From Octopus vulgaris (lineage: Eukaryota): a DNA stretch of 64,000 bases. The notes beneath the pieces are model-generated. The model saw nothing but the letters and a program-made list of their open reading frames with translations, did no database searches and was not told where the DNA came from. Each line of letters starts with the position of its first letter. Position 1 is the stretch's first letter. This document shows, one piece after another, positions 14,509 to 28,397 of the stretch. The position numbers and the translations under genes were made by a program. The stretch spans positions 62,434,001 through 62,498,000 of the forward strand of contig OX597826.1 of assembly GCA_951406725.2 (NCBI GenBank), written 5' to 3'.

Positions 14509-15530
14509 AACAACAGACAAGATGAGGACAAATATCCATCAAATGTAAATGATGTAAATAATGTACATAATTCCTCATCTCTTAAATATTGAACTGTATT
14601 ATGAACATATGTTTTTCAACTGTTACAAAGAGTAGCCAAATATACACTTCGAATCACGCATTACAATTTGAATAATATAAAAAGCCTGGGAGAACTTAGT
14701 CTTAGAAATACTGAGAATAACTGAAATCTTGGAATGCTTCTCATTGTAAATCGACTTGATCAGGATTTCCTGGGATTAAACAAGGTTATAATAATATTGA
14801 TTTGAAACTGCAGCAATTTCCGGAAGTGTGTGAGTCGACCCTAGTAGTGTTCAACTGGTACTTATTTCATAGGCTTTGAAAGGATGAAAGTCAAAGTGAA
14901 ACTCGACGGAATTTGAACTCAGAACTACAAATAAATTACCTCTAATCACAAGATAAGCTTTGTTTAAGCATATTTATGATTAATGTGGTTCTATCCGTGA
15001 CGCTATTTTCATTAATTGCTGCTATTATTAGCAAGTAGGGTCTACTTGTGTGCTTCCATTTCTATCATTTACTACGAGCGCTGGAATTAATGTGCGTAGT
15101 GTCGTGTGTATGTGTCCGTGTGTGCATTTGTGTATATACGTGTATACTTGTACGTGTGTGAGTGAGAGAGGGAAAGAGCAGCTGTCTAACCGGCCACACG
15201 AGCACTGTAAACACTGAACTCTGATCTCAGTAGACATCTAAGAGATCTGGTTTTATCATTATAGCTAATCGTCTACTGATTGATATAATGATTGGAGAGA
15301 GCGCAACTTTAGTTATCTCCTTTGAAAACAAACGTCGGAAAGAAAAGCTGGCTTAATTACGATGATTTATATGTCAATAGTCGCAATACCAAGATTATAA
15401 ATGATTACACTTGGATATTGAAATTATACTGTAAGTTAAATCGTTGATATTTTAGCAAATGTTTAGTATTTTACAGTATAGAACAACGAGGGTGAGTGTT
15501 TGTGTGCGTGTGTATACATATGTGTATATA

Positions 15531-15604
<74 letters not shown>

Positions 15605-16299
15605 CGTGTGTGTATATGTATGTATGTATATATATATATTTATATATATATAAATATATGTTAATATGTATGGCAATCTTTATATCCAACTTAACATGGA
15701 TATTTTGTTAGGATACTGAATATTACCTTCTCTCAAATGGAGGCATAGTGCAAACTGCGTTATATTCTATATTTTTTATAACATATCGAATGGTAGTTTT
15801 TTTTTTAATTTAAAGTAAAACTATAAAATGGTGTTTGTTTGAAATATAAATTAAAAATTTAAATTTACTGCTTTTCATGAGTGTCTTTAAATCCATATAT
15901 ACTTCCTTGGTTAGTCTTCTGTAATAATCCATAATATTCACATGTAAAATCCGTTATATTGTCTTGTATTCCAAATATAGTTCATATACTTAGATAATAT
16001 AGAATAATGGAATCTTGTATTGATAAGCATTTATAAATAACTCTTCTTCTCTTCAGTAATATCAGATGTGAAATGTGTATATACTTTAGTATGAGAATCT
16101 TGAAATTCATATGAATATGCTAAACTCTCTCACTGTTTTCATATTTTGATAATATTTGATTTTATTCATTGCCAGATTCACACACTGGATTAACTTCTGT
16201 AGATAGCCTCGAGCACAGGTTGACAGCAGATTTGGAAACATAGCCTAAAATAATGGAAGTATTTCTTAGTTTATTAATATTGAGTTATAAAGAAAAGAA

Positions 16300-16505
16300 A
16301 GCGGCGAACTGGTCGAATCAGCGCGCCGGCCAAAGTTATTAGAGATATTTCGTCCGTTTTTAAGTTCTGAGTTCAAATCTTGCCGAAATTGACTTTGCCT
16401 TTCATCCTTTCGGTCTCGATAATATAAGAACCAGCTGAACACTGGATTCAATGGAATCGACGTAACCCTTCTCTCAAATCTGCTGGCCTTGTACCAAATT
16501 TCAGA
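16300..16505 (+). mobile_element. SINE family A copy
   Basis: gcggcgaactgg...ttctgagttcaaatcttgccgaaattgactttgcctttcatcctttcgg...ggccttgtaccaaatt. Confidence 0.75.
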
Positions 16506-16515
16506 TATAAATATA

Positions 16516-17079
16516 TTGGGTTGTCCGGAAAGCTCGTGCCGATTTTCAGAAGAAAGAAAAAGGTCAATAAATACTTGCCATTACATTTTTAATCAACCAA
16601 ATATGAACCATTTTGTTGCACAATACGTCTCCATCTTTCCTTTTACTTGAAAATACCTTCTTCCCATTATTGAGGTGGTTTCATGGCAAATAATTCATCA
16701 ACGCATCTTTTTACGTCATCCAAGGAATTGAAATTTTTACCATTAAGAATATTCTGCAGAGACCTGAAAAGTGGAAATCCGAAGGAGCAATATCTAGTGA
16801 ATATGGAGGGTGGGGTAACACATCCCAGCCGAGCTGCAGCAATTTTTGTCTGGTTCCTAAAGCATCAAGTGCCGAAAATGAACTTTCTTATTTTCCATTT
16901 TAAAAGGTTACAGAATTAACACAGGTTATAGGAACATGAACCTTCTTCCACGAAAAAGAGCTTAAACTGTGCTCTAAATGGAAGTGTAGTCAAATCCTAT
17001 TTTACGGACTCAGCCATGTTCTAAAATAAATCGAAAGTTAAGCTACTATAAATCGGCACGAACTTTCCGTACATCCCAA
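16516..17079 (-). mobile_element. Internally deleted mariner (Tc1/mariner) transposon
   Basis: 30-bp TIRs ttgggttgtccggaaagctcgtgccgattt and aaatcggcacgaactttccgtacatcccaa, flanked by TA on both sides. Minus strand encodes DVLPHPPYSLDIAPSDFH...FRSLQN...KERWRRIVQQNGSY (YSPDLAPSD motif). Confidence 0.92.
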
Positions 17080-17927
17080 TATAATATTTTGGAACTTTCT
17101 TGCGAAAGTGAACTCGAGTACTACTTAAATACCTTAACCTTTCATTTGAAAGCCAGTCATACGTATATGTGCGTGTGTGTTTGTGTGTGTATAGATACAT
17201 AGATAGAGATAGCCATAAATATTTATGAATATGCTACCTAAAGTTCCGGGTGTCAGCAGTAGTATTCGTTGTTGTGTTTGTAGTTACTGAATACGTATGT
17301 ATCTTCGCAATAAAACAAAAAATTGTACGAATACAGTTCAATCGACATTATCATTGCTGTTCATGCTTATAATAATCAACAATCTCCTACTGATGGTACA
17401 GAAAGGTCGATTCACTCGACGAACGCATCGAGGATTTATGCCAAATTTCAAAATATATTATACCAGGTTTTTTGATAGATGTTCATTATAACGAAGTTAG
17501 CATTTTGCCAAATCACGACTAATATATCAATATACTTTTATATGTACATTTGCATTTTAAACAGATACTGAAATAAGGTTGTAGTAGCACTATACATCTT
17601 ACATTTAAATTTTTATGCGAGTGAGACTCTACGTGTTTTCGCATGCATTTCTAGCGGAATCTTCGACTACATATTCATATGCATATAAATTCATACACAC
17701 ACTCCACCCGCATACACCCGCATAGTCATTCTGTGTGCTTATGTGTGTGTATATGAATGTTTGATTAAAGTATAATGATCTTAATTTAAAGGATCACTTA
17801 ATACTTTTCAGTCTTATGACATATTTCATATGTAAATGTTGACAGTTAACTTGAATTTTCGAACTGTCCAAAGTAACACATGAATACACATGCGCGCACG
17901 CACATACACACTCACGCGCACACTTTC

Positions 17928-17970
<43 letters not shown>

Positions 17971-18736
17971 GTCACTGTGTCTCTTTCGCTGTCTCTCTGT
18001 GTCTCTGTCTCTTTCTCTTTCTCTCTCTCTGTCTCTCTGTCTCTTTCTCTGTCTCTCTGTCTCTCTCTCTATGATTCGGAAATACACAGAAATACACACA
18101 CACACACACACATACACACACACACACATACACACATATATGCAAATGTATACATATGTACTTGTATACTTGTTTACGTGTATAAGATAGATATAAGCTG
18201 TTTATATTACGATGTATGTATGGATATAGAGGCGTAGAATGACTGTCCGTTTTAGAGACTCACTTGCAACCACGAGTTCAGTTCCACTGCACAGCGTCGT
18301 GTGTGTGTTTGTGTGTATGCGTGTGTGTGTGCGGACGTCTGTGTATCTGTTTCTGTGTGCTTATATACATACAAACATATGTTTATATAGATACTCAAAT
18401 GTGTGTATGTCTATGTGGATTTACTTTATTGTCCAATCGACCGCTCAATATCGGTGATGGTTTCTTCTACGGTAACAGAAACTAATAGAATATGAACTAG
18501 GCTCAAAAGACATATTTGCATCCATTTGTTCAACCCAACCAACAATGGACGCATCCCAATATCTTCAACAGTGTCTTTCCGGTTTCATTCCACAAAAGAC
18601 CGAAATGCATCATTCTCTCTCTCCTTCCCTCGCCCTCTTTCTCTCCCTCTCTCAACTTCTCTTTCTCTCTTTCTCTCTTTCTCAAACCACCCTCTCTCTC
18701 TCTTTCTTTCTCTCTGTATTTCTATATATATAGACA

Positions 18737-18850
<114 letters not shown>

Positions 18851-19131
18851 CAGAGATAGAGAGATAGAGAGATAGATAGATAGATAGATTAGATATGTAT
18901 ATGTCAGTGTGTGTCTGTTGTGGCGGTGTAGTACTCTTTGCTTTTATGTTCAGTTATGATAAACATAGTTTTACATTAATCTGTTGGGTTACACTCTATA
19001 TTTGTTTAGCACAAGCATATTACTCCTAAATAAGATCATTGTCAGTGACTTCGAAACCTCAGTCAGTTGTGTGTATATATATACATGTGTGTGTATACAT
19101 ATTTTCATATATACATATATTCATATATACA

Positions 19132-19220
19132 TAAAAAAAAGTACCGGGATCGAATCATTCGACTACACACTCTTGAAGGTGGTCTCCCAGCATGATCACA
19201 GTATCATGACTGAAGCAATT

Positions 19221-19308
<88 letters not shown>

Positions 19309-19583
19309 AATATATATTCAAAGGGCATAGTACCACTATGTGGTCAGCCATATGCTAGAATTAGATCACCTACGATCAAACTATAAGGAAAAGAATGTTC
19401 TCTAGAGAAAAAAAATTCAGCGGGTACCAGAACAATATGCGGGCAAGACAGATGAAAATTATATGAAAAACAATTAATTGCAGACCGCAGATTCGCTTGT
19501 TAACGAAAGAATCACTTAAGTAATCCCTCGTCCGTCGGGCCCGTCAGTACGATCATTCCACAGGTAATATAATTTGTAATATG

Positions 19584-19660
<77 letters not shown>

Positions 19661-20475
19661 TAATGAGGGAGATAAATTGAATATTAATTTAATCAATATC
19701 AATTTAAAGCCAGTAGCCTAGCATACAAAAATCTGAAAAATCAGAGAACATTCTAATACATGTGTATATTTAAGGGCCTAAAGAACCACTATGTGGTCAG
19801 CCATATGCTATTTTTTTTCTCTAAGGAACATTCTTTTCTTTGTAGTTTGATCGTAGGTGATCTACTTCTAGCATATGGCTGACCACATAGTGGTTCTTTA
19901 GTCCTCTAGATATACACATGTATTAGAATTTTCTCTGATTTTTCAGATTTTTGTATGCTAGGTTACTGGTTTTAAATTGATATTAAATTAATATTCAATT
20001 TATCTCCCTCATTATTTAAATGTTAACATAAATATGTTCTCTAATAGACAGCATTAACTGCAGTAAATTATTTACTGCAGATTTTGTTTCCGGATTTTAG
20101 CGCCCCAGAACTCAGACATTTGAAATTAACCCGAATATAATCGGTGAAACTAAGCACGTGCCTGTTTTTATACGGAAAACTGGTGGTTAGTTTTACAAAT
20201 TATATTACCTGTGGAATGATCGTACTGACGGGCCCGACGGACGAGGGATTACTTAAGTGATTCTTTCGTTAACAAGCGAATCTGCGGTCTGCAATTAATT
20301 GTTTTTCATATAATTTTCATCTGTCTTGCCCGCATATTGTTCTGGTACCCGCTGAATTTTTTATTCTCTAGAGAACATTCTTTTCCTTGTAGTTTGATCG
20401 TAGGTGATCTAATTCTAGCATATGGCTGACCACATAGTGGTACTATGCCCTTTGAATATATATTTATATACATAC

Positions 20476-20551
<76 letters not shown>

Positions 20552-20635
20552 GCTTCAGTCATGATACTGTGATCATGCTGGGAGACCACCTTCAAGAGTG
20601 TGTAGTCGAATGATTCGATCCCGGTACTTTTTTTT
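19132..20635. repeat. Nested, near-perfect inverted duplication: outer arms 19132-19579 / 20193-20635, inner arms 19656-19810 / 19869-20019
   Basis: Outer arms match almost base for base outside the microsatellite (e.g. taatccctcgtccgtcgggcccgtcagtacgatcattccacagg vs its reverse complement at 20208-20251). The motif accactatgtggtcagccatatgcta occurs four times, twice on each strand. Confidence 0.95.
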
Positions 20636-20946
20636 AAAATCTGGTACTTCTTCTATCGACCTTATTTGCCGAACCACTATGTTACAGAGACGTAGACACA
20701 CCAAAAACGGTTGTCAAGCGGTGGTGAGTGAGACAAATACACACATACACAGGTATATATGTATATATATATATATATATAGCCATACATATGGCGTTCT
20801 GTTTTTAGTTTCTGTCTCCCAAATCCACTGACAAGACTTTGGCGATCGAAAGCTATATTATAAGTCACTTGATCAATTTGCCTTGCAGTGGGACTGAACC
20901 CGTGACTATATCTTTGGTAAGCAATCTTCTTACCACACATGGCACA
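20549..20946 (-). mobile_element. SINE family B variant, near full length
   Basis: Reverse complement has gtgtggtaagaagattgcttacc...gggttcagtcccactgc head and cttgacaaccg...gttcggcaaa...gatagaag 3' half. Confidence 0.7.
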
Positions 20947-20969
20947 GATGTACCTCTGTGTGTGTGTGT

Positions 20970-21026
<57 letters not shown>

Positions 21027-21538
21027 TGTGTGTGTTTGTGTATAAACGCCCATGCATATAAATATGCTTTGGGGAAAGATTTTCAATATATCTAAGCGTT
21101 GAGCCAGCCGAAAAAGTGAAATATTAATCCTTATTATGTACGAATCTTATTATGTATGAATATGTTACGCGTCGCCTTGTAAACGGCATCTTCTTAATGG
21201 CTATGTGCTAACACCATTCTCTAATCTTCAATCTCCAATAATACAAGCCCTTATTTTTGCTGCAATTGATGTCATTTCATATTTATAGATAGTATCTATA
21301 AAACTATCACTATCCTCCTTCTACCACTCCATATTTTCTTTTTGTTTTATCTTTTCGTTTGATAGATATTCCATCAAAATCATAACCAGTTCATGTAAAT
21401 TAACAGGTTTTCTGTCTGCAACTTGAAATATCACTAATGCCCGATTTTCTCCTACTTCGGTCTTCGGTAGATTGGAGAAAATTGGAACAAAATCCAATTT
21501 CGTGTTTGTGTGTGTGTATGTGTATGCATGTATATGTA

Positions 21539-21579
<41 letters not shown>

Positions 21580-22104
21580 GTGTGTACGTATGCATGTACG
21601 TATGTATGTATGTATGTATGTATGTATAGACTTTTGGTTAGGTAATTTTCCTTTCAATTTATTGGTGCATTCCTTTTAATACATACTGCTCGGAGTTAGT
21701 CTGCAGGGGAAAAGTTTGCCGCGGCGAATATACATAAAACATACGTAAAACCAATAATTTCGAAATGGCAAAAGACGATTTTCGGATATTAATAATTTTC
21801 GTAGCTGGAATTGTCTCAGACAAACATGTATGATGCAGCTTTTGATTTTGGGTCAGAAGAGAGGAGAGAGTAATTGCTCATGTAGATTTTCTTTATGGTG
21901 TCTTCGAAGTCACGATGAAGCTATCTTGCAGTTGTCATATTCAGTATTTCGAATATGATCAATATTCTGCAGTGGAACATAATAAGTCTAGCAAATACTA
22001 CTATAATATTAATTATAATATCAACAATAATAATGATAATAATAATCATTTCTATTGTAGGCACAAGGCCTGAAATCGTTGGATGGGTGGCAGAGTGGGA
22101 GACT

Positions 22105-22460
22105 AGTAAAATCCGATGGGATTTCTCAATCCAACCAAATCAGGCGGTTGGGCATAATAGACCGGAACAAGTGGCCATCACCAAGATGAGCCACATGTGC
22201 TATATAGTTGAGGTTGCGTTCCCCTTTGACCCACGAATAGTCGAGAAGGAAGGCGACAAAATAGATAAACACAATCTTCTTAAGTGCGAAATATCCTGGC
22301 TATGGAAAATGAAGAATGGGAAGATATTCTTGGGTCCTAGGGAACCGTATCAGGAGGCATCACGAGGAATACAAAGGAAATTGGAATAGAGTTCTCAGAA
22401 GAATTGTTACAAAAACTTTTCGTCCTTGGAACGGCCAGAATAATCAGAAAAGTATTAGAT
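22105..22460 (+). mobile_element. REL-endonuclease fragment of an R4/Dong-like retrotransposon, embedded in a family A SINE
   Basis: KIRWDFSIQPNQAVGHNRPE...CYIVEVAFPFDPRIVEKEGDKIDKHNLLKCEISWLW, then LLQKLFVLGTARIIRKVLD after a frameshift. SINE A halves lie at 22048-22104 and 22461-22620 on the minus strand. Confidence 0.85.
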
Positions 22461-22835
22461 TCTACTACAATGGCCCCAACGTTTCACTGGTACCTAATCA
22501 TCGGCCCCGAAAGGATGAAAGGCAAACTCGACCTCGGCGAAATATGAACTTAGAATATAAAGACGGACGAAATGCTGCTGAGCATTTTCCCGAAGTGCTA
22601 ATGATTCTGCCAGTTCGTCGCTTTGAATATGATGATCACGATGACGACGACGACGACGGCGGCGATGGTGATGGTGGTGGTGGTGGTGGTGGTGATGATG
22701 ATGATGATGATGATGATGCTGATGATGACAACGATAATCATGATGATAATAATGATGATGATGATGATGGTGGTGATGATGATCAAAACAAAAACGAAGG
22801 AGAAGAGGAAGAAAAAGAAAAAGAAAAAGAAAAAG

Positions 22836-22949
<114 letters not shown>

Positions 22950-22967
22950 AAGAAGAAGACGACTTAA

Positions 22968-23410
22968 ATGAAGTTTAATCGCAGGACATTTTTGTCGAGG
23001 AGCACCAGAAACGGAATTGCTACCTAATCGAAGTATCAATCTCAATACACGATATTGATTCTCTCAAAGGAAAGGTAAAGTTTGTCTACATATAAATATC
23101 TGGACGAAGATAGAAGCAGAATGTAAAAAAAAGGTAAAAGAAAGAGTTACCACTGAAAATATGGGACAATGCCTATAATAGTACGTGCCTTAGGAATAAT
23201 TCCAAAACATATTGGGAAGCATAGAATTTAAACCCCTAGTCTAACAATTGAGCACACTATAGAGGAAATGACAATGCTCGGGGCTGCGTATGTATAACTA
23301 ATGACATTGTCGATAACAATTTTTAAAAAATACATAACAAAATCACAAAATCTGAAAGTATTGAGACACACAAAGTTAGGCTTTATAATACAGTCAAAGC
23401 ATGAACGAAA
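22968..23410 (+). mobile_element. Decayed REL C-terminus and 3' UTR of an R4/Dong-like element
   Basis: NCYLIEVSIS...YKYL...MPIIVRALGIIPK...MLGAAYV across frameshifts; flanked by (AAT)n/(AAG)n and (AAT)n. Confidence 0.6.
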
Positions 23411-23441
23411 AGTAAGTTTACATAATGATAATGATAATACC

Positions 23442-23512
<71 letters not shown>

Positions 23513-23634
23513 CAACAACAATAATGATGATGATGATGGCGATGACGACGACGACGATGATGACAATGATGACGATATTGACGATGGTGATGAGGACGAT
23601 GACGATGACGATGAAGATGACGATGACGATGATG

Positions 23635-23700
<66 letters not shown>

Positions 23701-24273
23701 GTGACGATGGTTTCAAATTTTGGCACAAGGCCAGCAATTTCGTGAGACGGGATAAGTCGAACCCCGAAAGGATGAAAGGAAAAGACGACATCGGCGGAAC
23801 GTAAACATCGGGGAACAAAGGCTGCAAAATAGTTCTTCAACGTACTGATAGTTTCTGTTTGTTAACCATCCTAATGAATAGGATGCTGATCGTGATAATG
23901 ATGTTGATGATCATGATGATCTTGATGATTACGATGATGATGATAACGACGACGACGATGAGGATGATGATGTAAACAATAAAACAAGAAGCAGATTAAC
24001 ACTCTAGTTAAAGATAAAACCCATGCTTCGAACAAAATGATTCGAAAATAAAGAATATAAGATGAAAAATTTTTTTTTAATTCTTTAAAGATACATCAAC
24101 TACATGTATGGAAAATCATTCACAAACAAAATAATTATCGATTATTTGTAATGAATTTCGAAACTTGAGTTTATTGTAACGATCTAACATCACTACTTGC
24201 ATTTCTGAACTGGTGCCCTCTCAAAACACTACATCCTAACGAAATCAGTCGTCTCTTAATGACAGCGTCTAAA

Positions 24274-24665
24274 TCTCTCTATATATAAAGCAGAAGTTGT
24301 CTGTGTGTGGCAGGTTTGGTAGCCTTCAACTAACACTATCTCCTCCGAGACCCTGCGGCGCAAGTTAACCAAATTTGAGAGTGTGATAGAAGAAGGCTTG
24401 CTCTTCATTCCGTAGAAGATACAATTCAAATCGGACCATGTTAAGACCAAAAAGTATTTACATCGAAAGGGTGCTTTTTTTCTATGAAAAACCTTATTTT
24501 TTACGATTTTTTTTATTGTTGTGTCGCCATTTTTCGGTGTATTTCAACCAGAAAAATGTTCACTTAAAGAGAATAATAAGCTACATAATGCGAAATTTTT
24601 ACTTTTCAAAATTTCCAATTCTAAAGGGTCGAAACAAACCCGACAACGCCGGGCGATACTGCTAA
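24274..24665 (+). mobile_element. Non-autonomous Helitron
   Basis: 5' TC(tctctatatataaag); 3' subterminal GC hairpin cccgacaacgccggg, then cgatactgCTAA; A|T insertion site; 3' end nearly identical to the element at 34622. Confidence 0.8.
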
Positions 24666-25098
24666 TTATTAATAAAATTATTAGAGAACGTAGGACCAAT
24701 ATACAATATATCGAAGCTTTACAGGCATGCTACATATCAATTCCATATCCGAAATATACAAGCCTTATATAGGAGTGAAACGGAAATGGAGAGAGTTAAC
24801 CTGAAAAGTGATCCAAATAACGAAAAAAAGTATCCTCATTGTTCTAACGTCCACATTTCCATGCTGGCACGGAGCAACAGTAGATGGTATTCGATGATAC
24901 AGATTTTCTACGGGTGTGGTGCTCTCCCCAACCATTATTTATTCCCACGCATAGTAATATGGTTTCGTGGCCAAACATGTTTACACGCAAGCATGGAAGC
25001 GAAGAATACCGCTTGCATGACAGAAGCGATTGTCTTACAGCCATCATGCAACGTCATGACGTCATAAACGTACTATGAACATACGCTTGTGTACTCTC

Positions 25099-25133
<35 letters not shown>

Positions 25134-25655
25134 CTCTATCTCTCTATCTATCTATCTCTATCTATCTATCTCTTCTCTGAGTTTCCTCTACTAAATTCAC
25201 TAATGAGGTTTGGTTGGTTCGGGGCTAGAGACGAAAAGAATTTCCCGATGTATACACGCAATGGATTTGAACCCGAAACCATGTGGTTAAGAAGTAGAGT
25301 TAAGCATATACTCAGGCTAGAAAGTACTCTGGTAGGAAACGGATATGTTGAAAGATTTCTAGAGGCAAAATCGTGTGAAACAAAGCGCATCGAAAAGGGT
25401 GGATATTTTCAGGAAAATAAAGTATTTATTAAAAACCAAAAGATTCTTCAGTAGCACGAACAAAGAATACAACAAACAATGAGAAGCAACAGAAGCAGTA
25501 TTACTATCAAAGGCAATCTTTAAATCAAACTGAACGTGGATGTATTGTTACAGCGCCGAATACTGCATTATTTACAGTGAACAAATTCTCATATGAGCGC
25601 ATAGTGCATAAAAGCACACATATTTATATCGACGGTAGACGAGATTCCTCTTCTA

Positions 25656-25808
25656 TGGGCAGTGGAATTTTCAGATCACGTGATCCTGATGTGCTCTGCT
25701 TCTTCAGTGGCAGCCGTCCGATAGTCACATAGAAAGGAAATAAATTTCACTGTCAGCAATCACGAATTTTAGTGCCCGTTCATTCACTGATGTCGCAAAT
25801 GGCTAAGG
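25656..25808 (+). repeat. Dispersed ~150-bp direct repeat, copy 1 (copy 2 at 31045-31198)
   Basis: Shared gtgctctgcttcttcagtggcagccgtccg.tagtcacatagaaaggaaataaat.tcactgtcagcaatc..gaattttagtgcccgttca.tcactgatgtcg. Confidence 0.9.
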
Positions 25809-26159
25809 AATTTAATAGAAAGAATATAAGATTGTACAACACACCTATCTCAACGTAAATTCAAACATAGCGAGAGGGAGAAGGAATCAATAATGAAAAT
25901 TGGGTACAGAACAGGGAAGGGCTCCGCTAAGTCTAAAAATGCACTAGAGATAGCATATGTCACGACGGTACAGAAACGACTTCATATGAAATTGAGCACA
26001 CACTTCACCAAAGAAACTATGACAAAGAAAACTCTTGTCATTGGCATCTCAAATTGCAAGCTGAGTAGCTTATCAGTAACCTTGAATACATTTGGAGTAA
26101 TATTGTACGGAAGTAGTTACGGTTCAGTTCAGTCCAATAACGCTAAAGATTTGGGTTTC

Positions 26160-26494
26160 AGCTAACGACGCACCAGCCCATTCAGCGCAGCATGTGCCAT
26201 TTGGCTGGGTATAGCATTCCTCAGGTCTGACAGCCACCGTTATCCCCAGATCTTGCCCCTTGCCAATTTTTCCTCTTTCCAAAAATCAGGACGTTAAGGA
26301 AATTAAAGTGAATACGATGAGGCAGATGCCGATTGTCTCAGAAAAGTTCCAGGAATGCTTTCATCAAAGGAAACAGCTCTGGATTGTGAGACTTTTGAAG
26401 GGGACAATTTTGAAGGAGATTAAATGCCAAGTTGTCACGTGTTGTAATTTTATTTTTATAGCAAAAGTCCGGATACTTATTGATTAGACCTTGT
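26160..26494 (+). mobile_element. Mariner transposase 3' remnant with right TIR
   Basis: APAHSA...QPPLSPDLAPCQFFLFPKI...EKFQECFHQRKQLW...GDNFEGD*, followed by TIR-like aaagtccggatacttattgattagaccttg and TA. Confidence 0.8.
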
Positions 26495-28074
26495 ATAGGC
26501 AGCCACTGTTAGAGTGAATGAATATAGAAGACAGTAAAAGACACAAAAATTAACTGAAACTGACTACTGAACAGTAATTGATAGCATGTCATAATCGTTG
26601 GTGTCTGAACGTTGTCAAAATGATCGCCCATGTCATATCGATACAGAAAACAACAATATAATTGTAAAACGCATTCTTCATACTCATAAAAGTAGGAATT
26701 TTCCTTGGAGACTCATTTTTCGTAATTGCCTGGCTCTGGCTCAATAAACAAATCTTTTGAATTAAAACGGCAATATTTTAGATCCTACAGAGAAAATTTT
26801 AACCATCGCTTCTCTATTTATAATTTTAAAGTTTTTACAAGAGATAGGAAATATCCTGTTAGAAAACCGACTATAAATTCCTTATAAATTCTACCAAATC
26901 ATAAAAATCAGTGCGGCATGAAAATCAAAGCTGCAGTACGAAGCAAATTAACTAAAACTGTGAATCAACCATCCAAATACGTAGAAGTAGATGAAACCGA
27001 TAAAATACAACGCATACAAATTATAGAGAACTTTAATGGAGAGTTCTAATGAAGCGACAAACTAAAATTAAAAACTGATCTCAACATTAGATATATTATA
27101 GTATTATATATACACCAGATATCACTATTAAGAACTGCAACTTCAGCAATATAAATTGAAAAGTAACAACTTAGAGATAACTATCAAGAAACTGCAATCT
27201 TCCGAATCCACTGCGTCGAACTGACACAGACTGAATAAATGTAAGCCCCATCAAACCTACACACAGCATCGAAGGTATAGTGTGAAGTAAATTGCAAACT
27301 ACTGCAAAATAGGCTGATAAATTTAATGATAGAATTAATCTAACTACCCTGTATACTTCTATCATCTAATCGTTAGGTTCTGCTAACGGAATGCAGTCTT
27401 ATAGGACTATTCGAGCAAGAGATACAGCAGATGAGCTGAGTCGTTAGATAAATGGATAAAATTAATACCTTGCGGTATTTGTTGCGATATTCTGCGCGCT
27501 GGTTTCAGATTCAACCGAAGTCAAACTTTATTTTTTTTTATAATTCTGGTTTTCATAACAAAGTTATAAACCAAAGCAAGAGATTGACGGAACAATTAGT
27601 AGGTCGAGCAAGTCGTCTTGCAGTCTCTTTTTCGGTTCTTTGCACTTGACATTAACGCCAGAAAGGACAGTGATGCTAAACTGTAACGATCTCAGTCGAC
27701 TGGATATTTTTAAGCATCGATAACGTGGAGAAGAAAACCCGGTATCCATCGGCAACTGTCTGTCTTCGTCAAATCAACTTGTCTCGGACTACATATCCAA
27801 CTTTGACCGAGTGAGTGTCACTCAATCAAAGCTCGTCAGTCATTGACGCCTCCTAAAATGCTATCACCGTTTCTTCCCTTATGGGTAATGGATAAAAAGT
27901 GAAAAAAGCAAAAATGGGACTGGAATACTGTATTTGATTGAATAACGTACACTCTAGTATATAAGATGCACCCCAAATTCTGTAGAGCGTATTTAGGGAA
28001 AAGATTTTAGCATTATTTACATTATTTACGTTATTTACATTTGACGGACACTTGTCCTCATCTTGTTTCTTGTT

Positions 28075-28120
28075 AACACAACGTTTCGGCTGATATACCT
28101 TCCAGACATCATCAGGTGTC
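28075..28120 (-). ncRNA. Minimal type I hammerhead ribozyme motif, family 1 copy
   Basis: Minus strand: gacac-CTGATGA-t-gtctg[gaaggtatat]cagcc-GAAA-cg-TT-gtgtt, with the same flanks as the copies at 13954 and 14463. Confidence 0.75.
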
Positions 28121-28194
28121 TTGGGGAAATTTCGAACCTGGGTTCTCATTCCTAAGGTATTATTATTTTTATTATTATTATTATTATTATTATT

Positions 28195-28393
28195 CAGTAG
28201 TTTTATTTTTATAGCGTGCTTTCACTTCACTACCGAGCGCAGCTCTGTGTGCCTTGGGTATGTGCTGTGATTTGTTGTGATGCTCTGATGGTTATTGTAT
28301 GGAAAGTGTTCAGCGTAGGATGTGTCCAGTGCCTAGTAGTGCAATTTTCTGTATGTTATATGTGTTTTTAAGTCCTGGTGTTTTTGTTATGTT

Positions 28394-28397
<4 letters not shown>
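28195..28397 (-). mobile_element. 3' end of an R4/Dong-like retrotransposon inserted into an (AAT)n tract
   Basis: Minus strand ITKTPGLKNTYNIQKIALLGTGHILR*TLSIQ* plus a short 3' UTR ending in (AAT)n; the trinucleotide tract is present on both sides. Confidence 0.8.

Noticed and set aside
25660-25712. Minus-strand CTGAAGA...stem...GAAA in the 150-bp repeat
   Set aside because: No helix I partner, three extra bases before the stem, and GAAA is not kept in the second copy.
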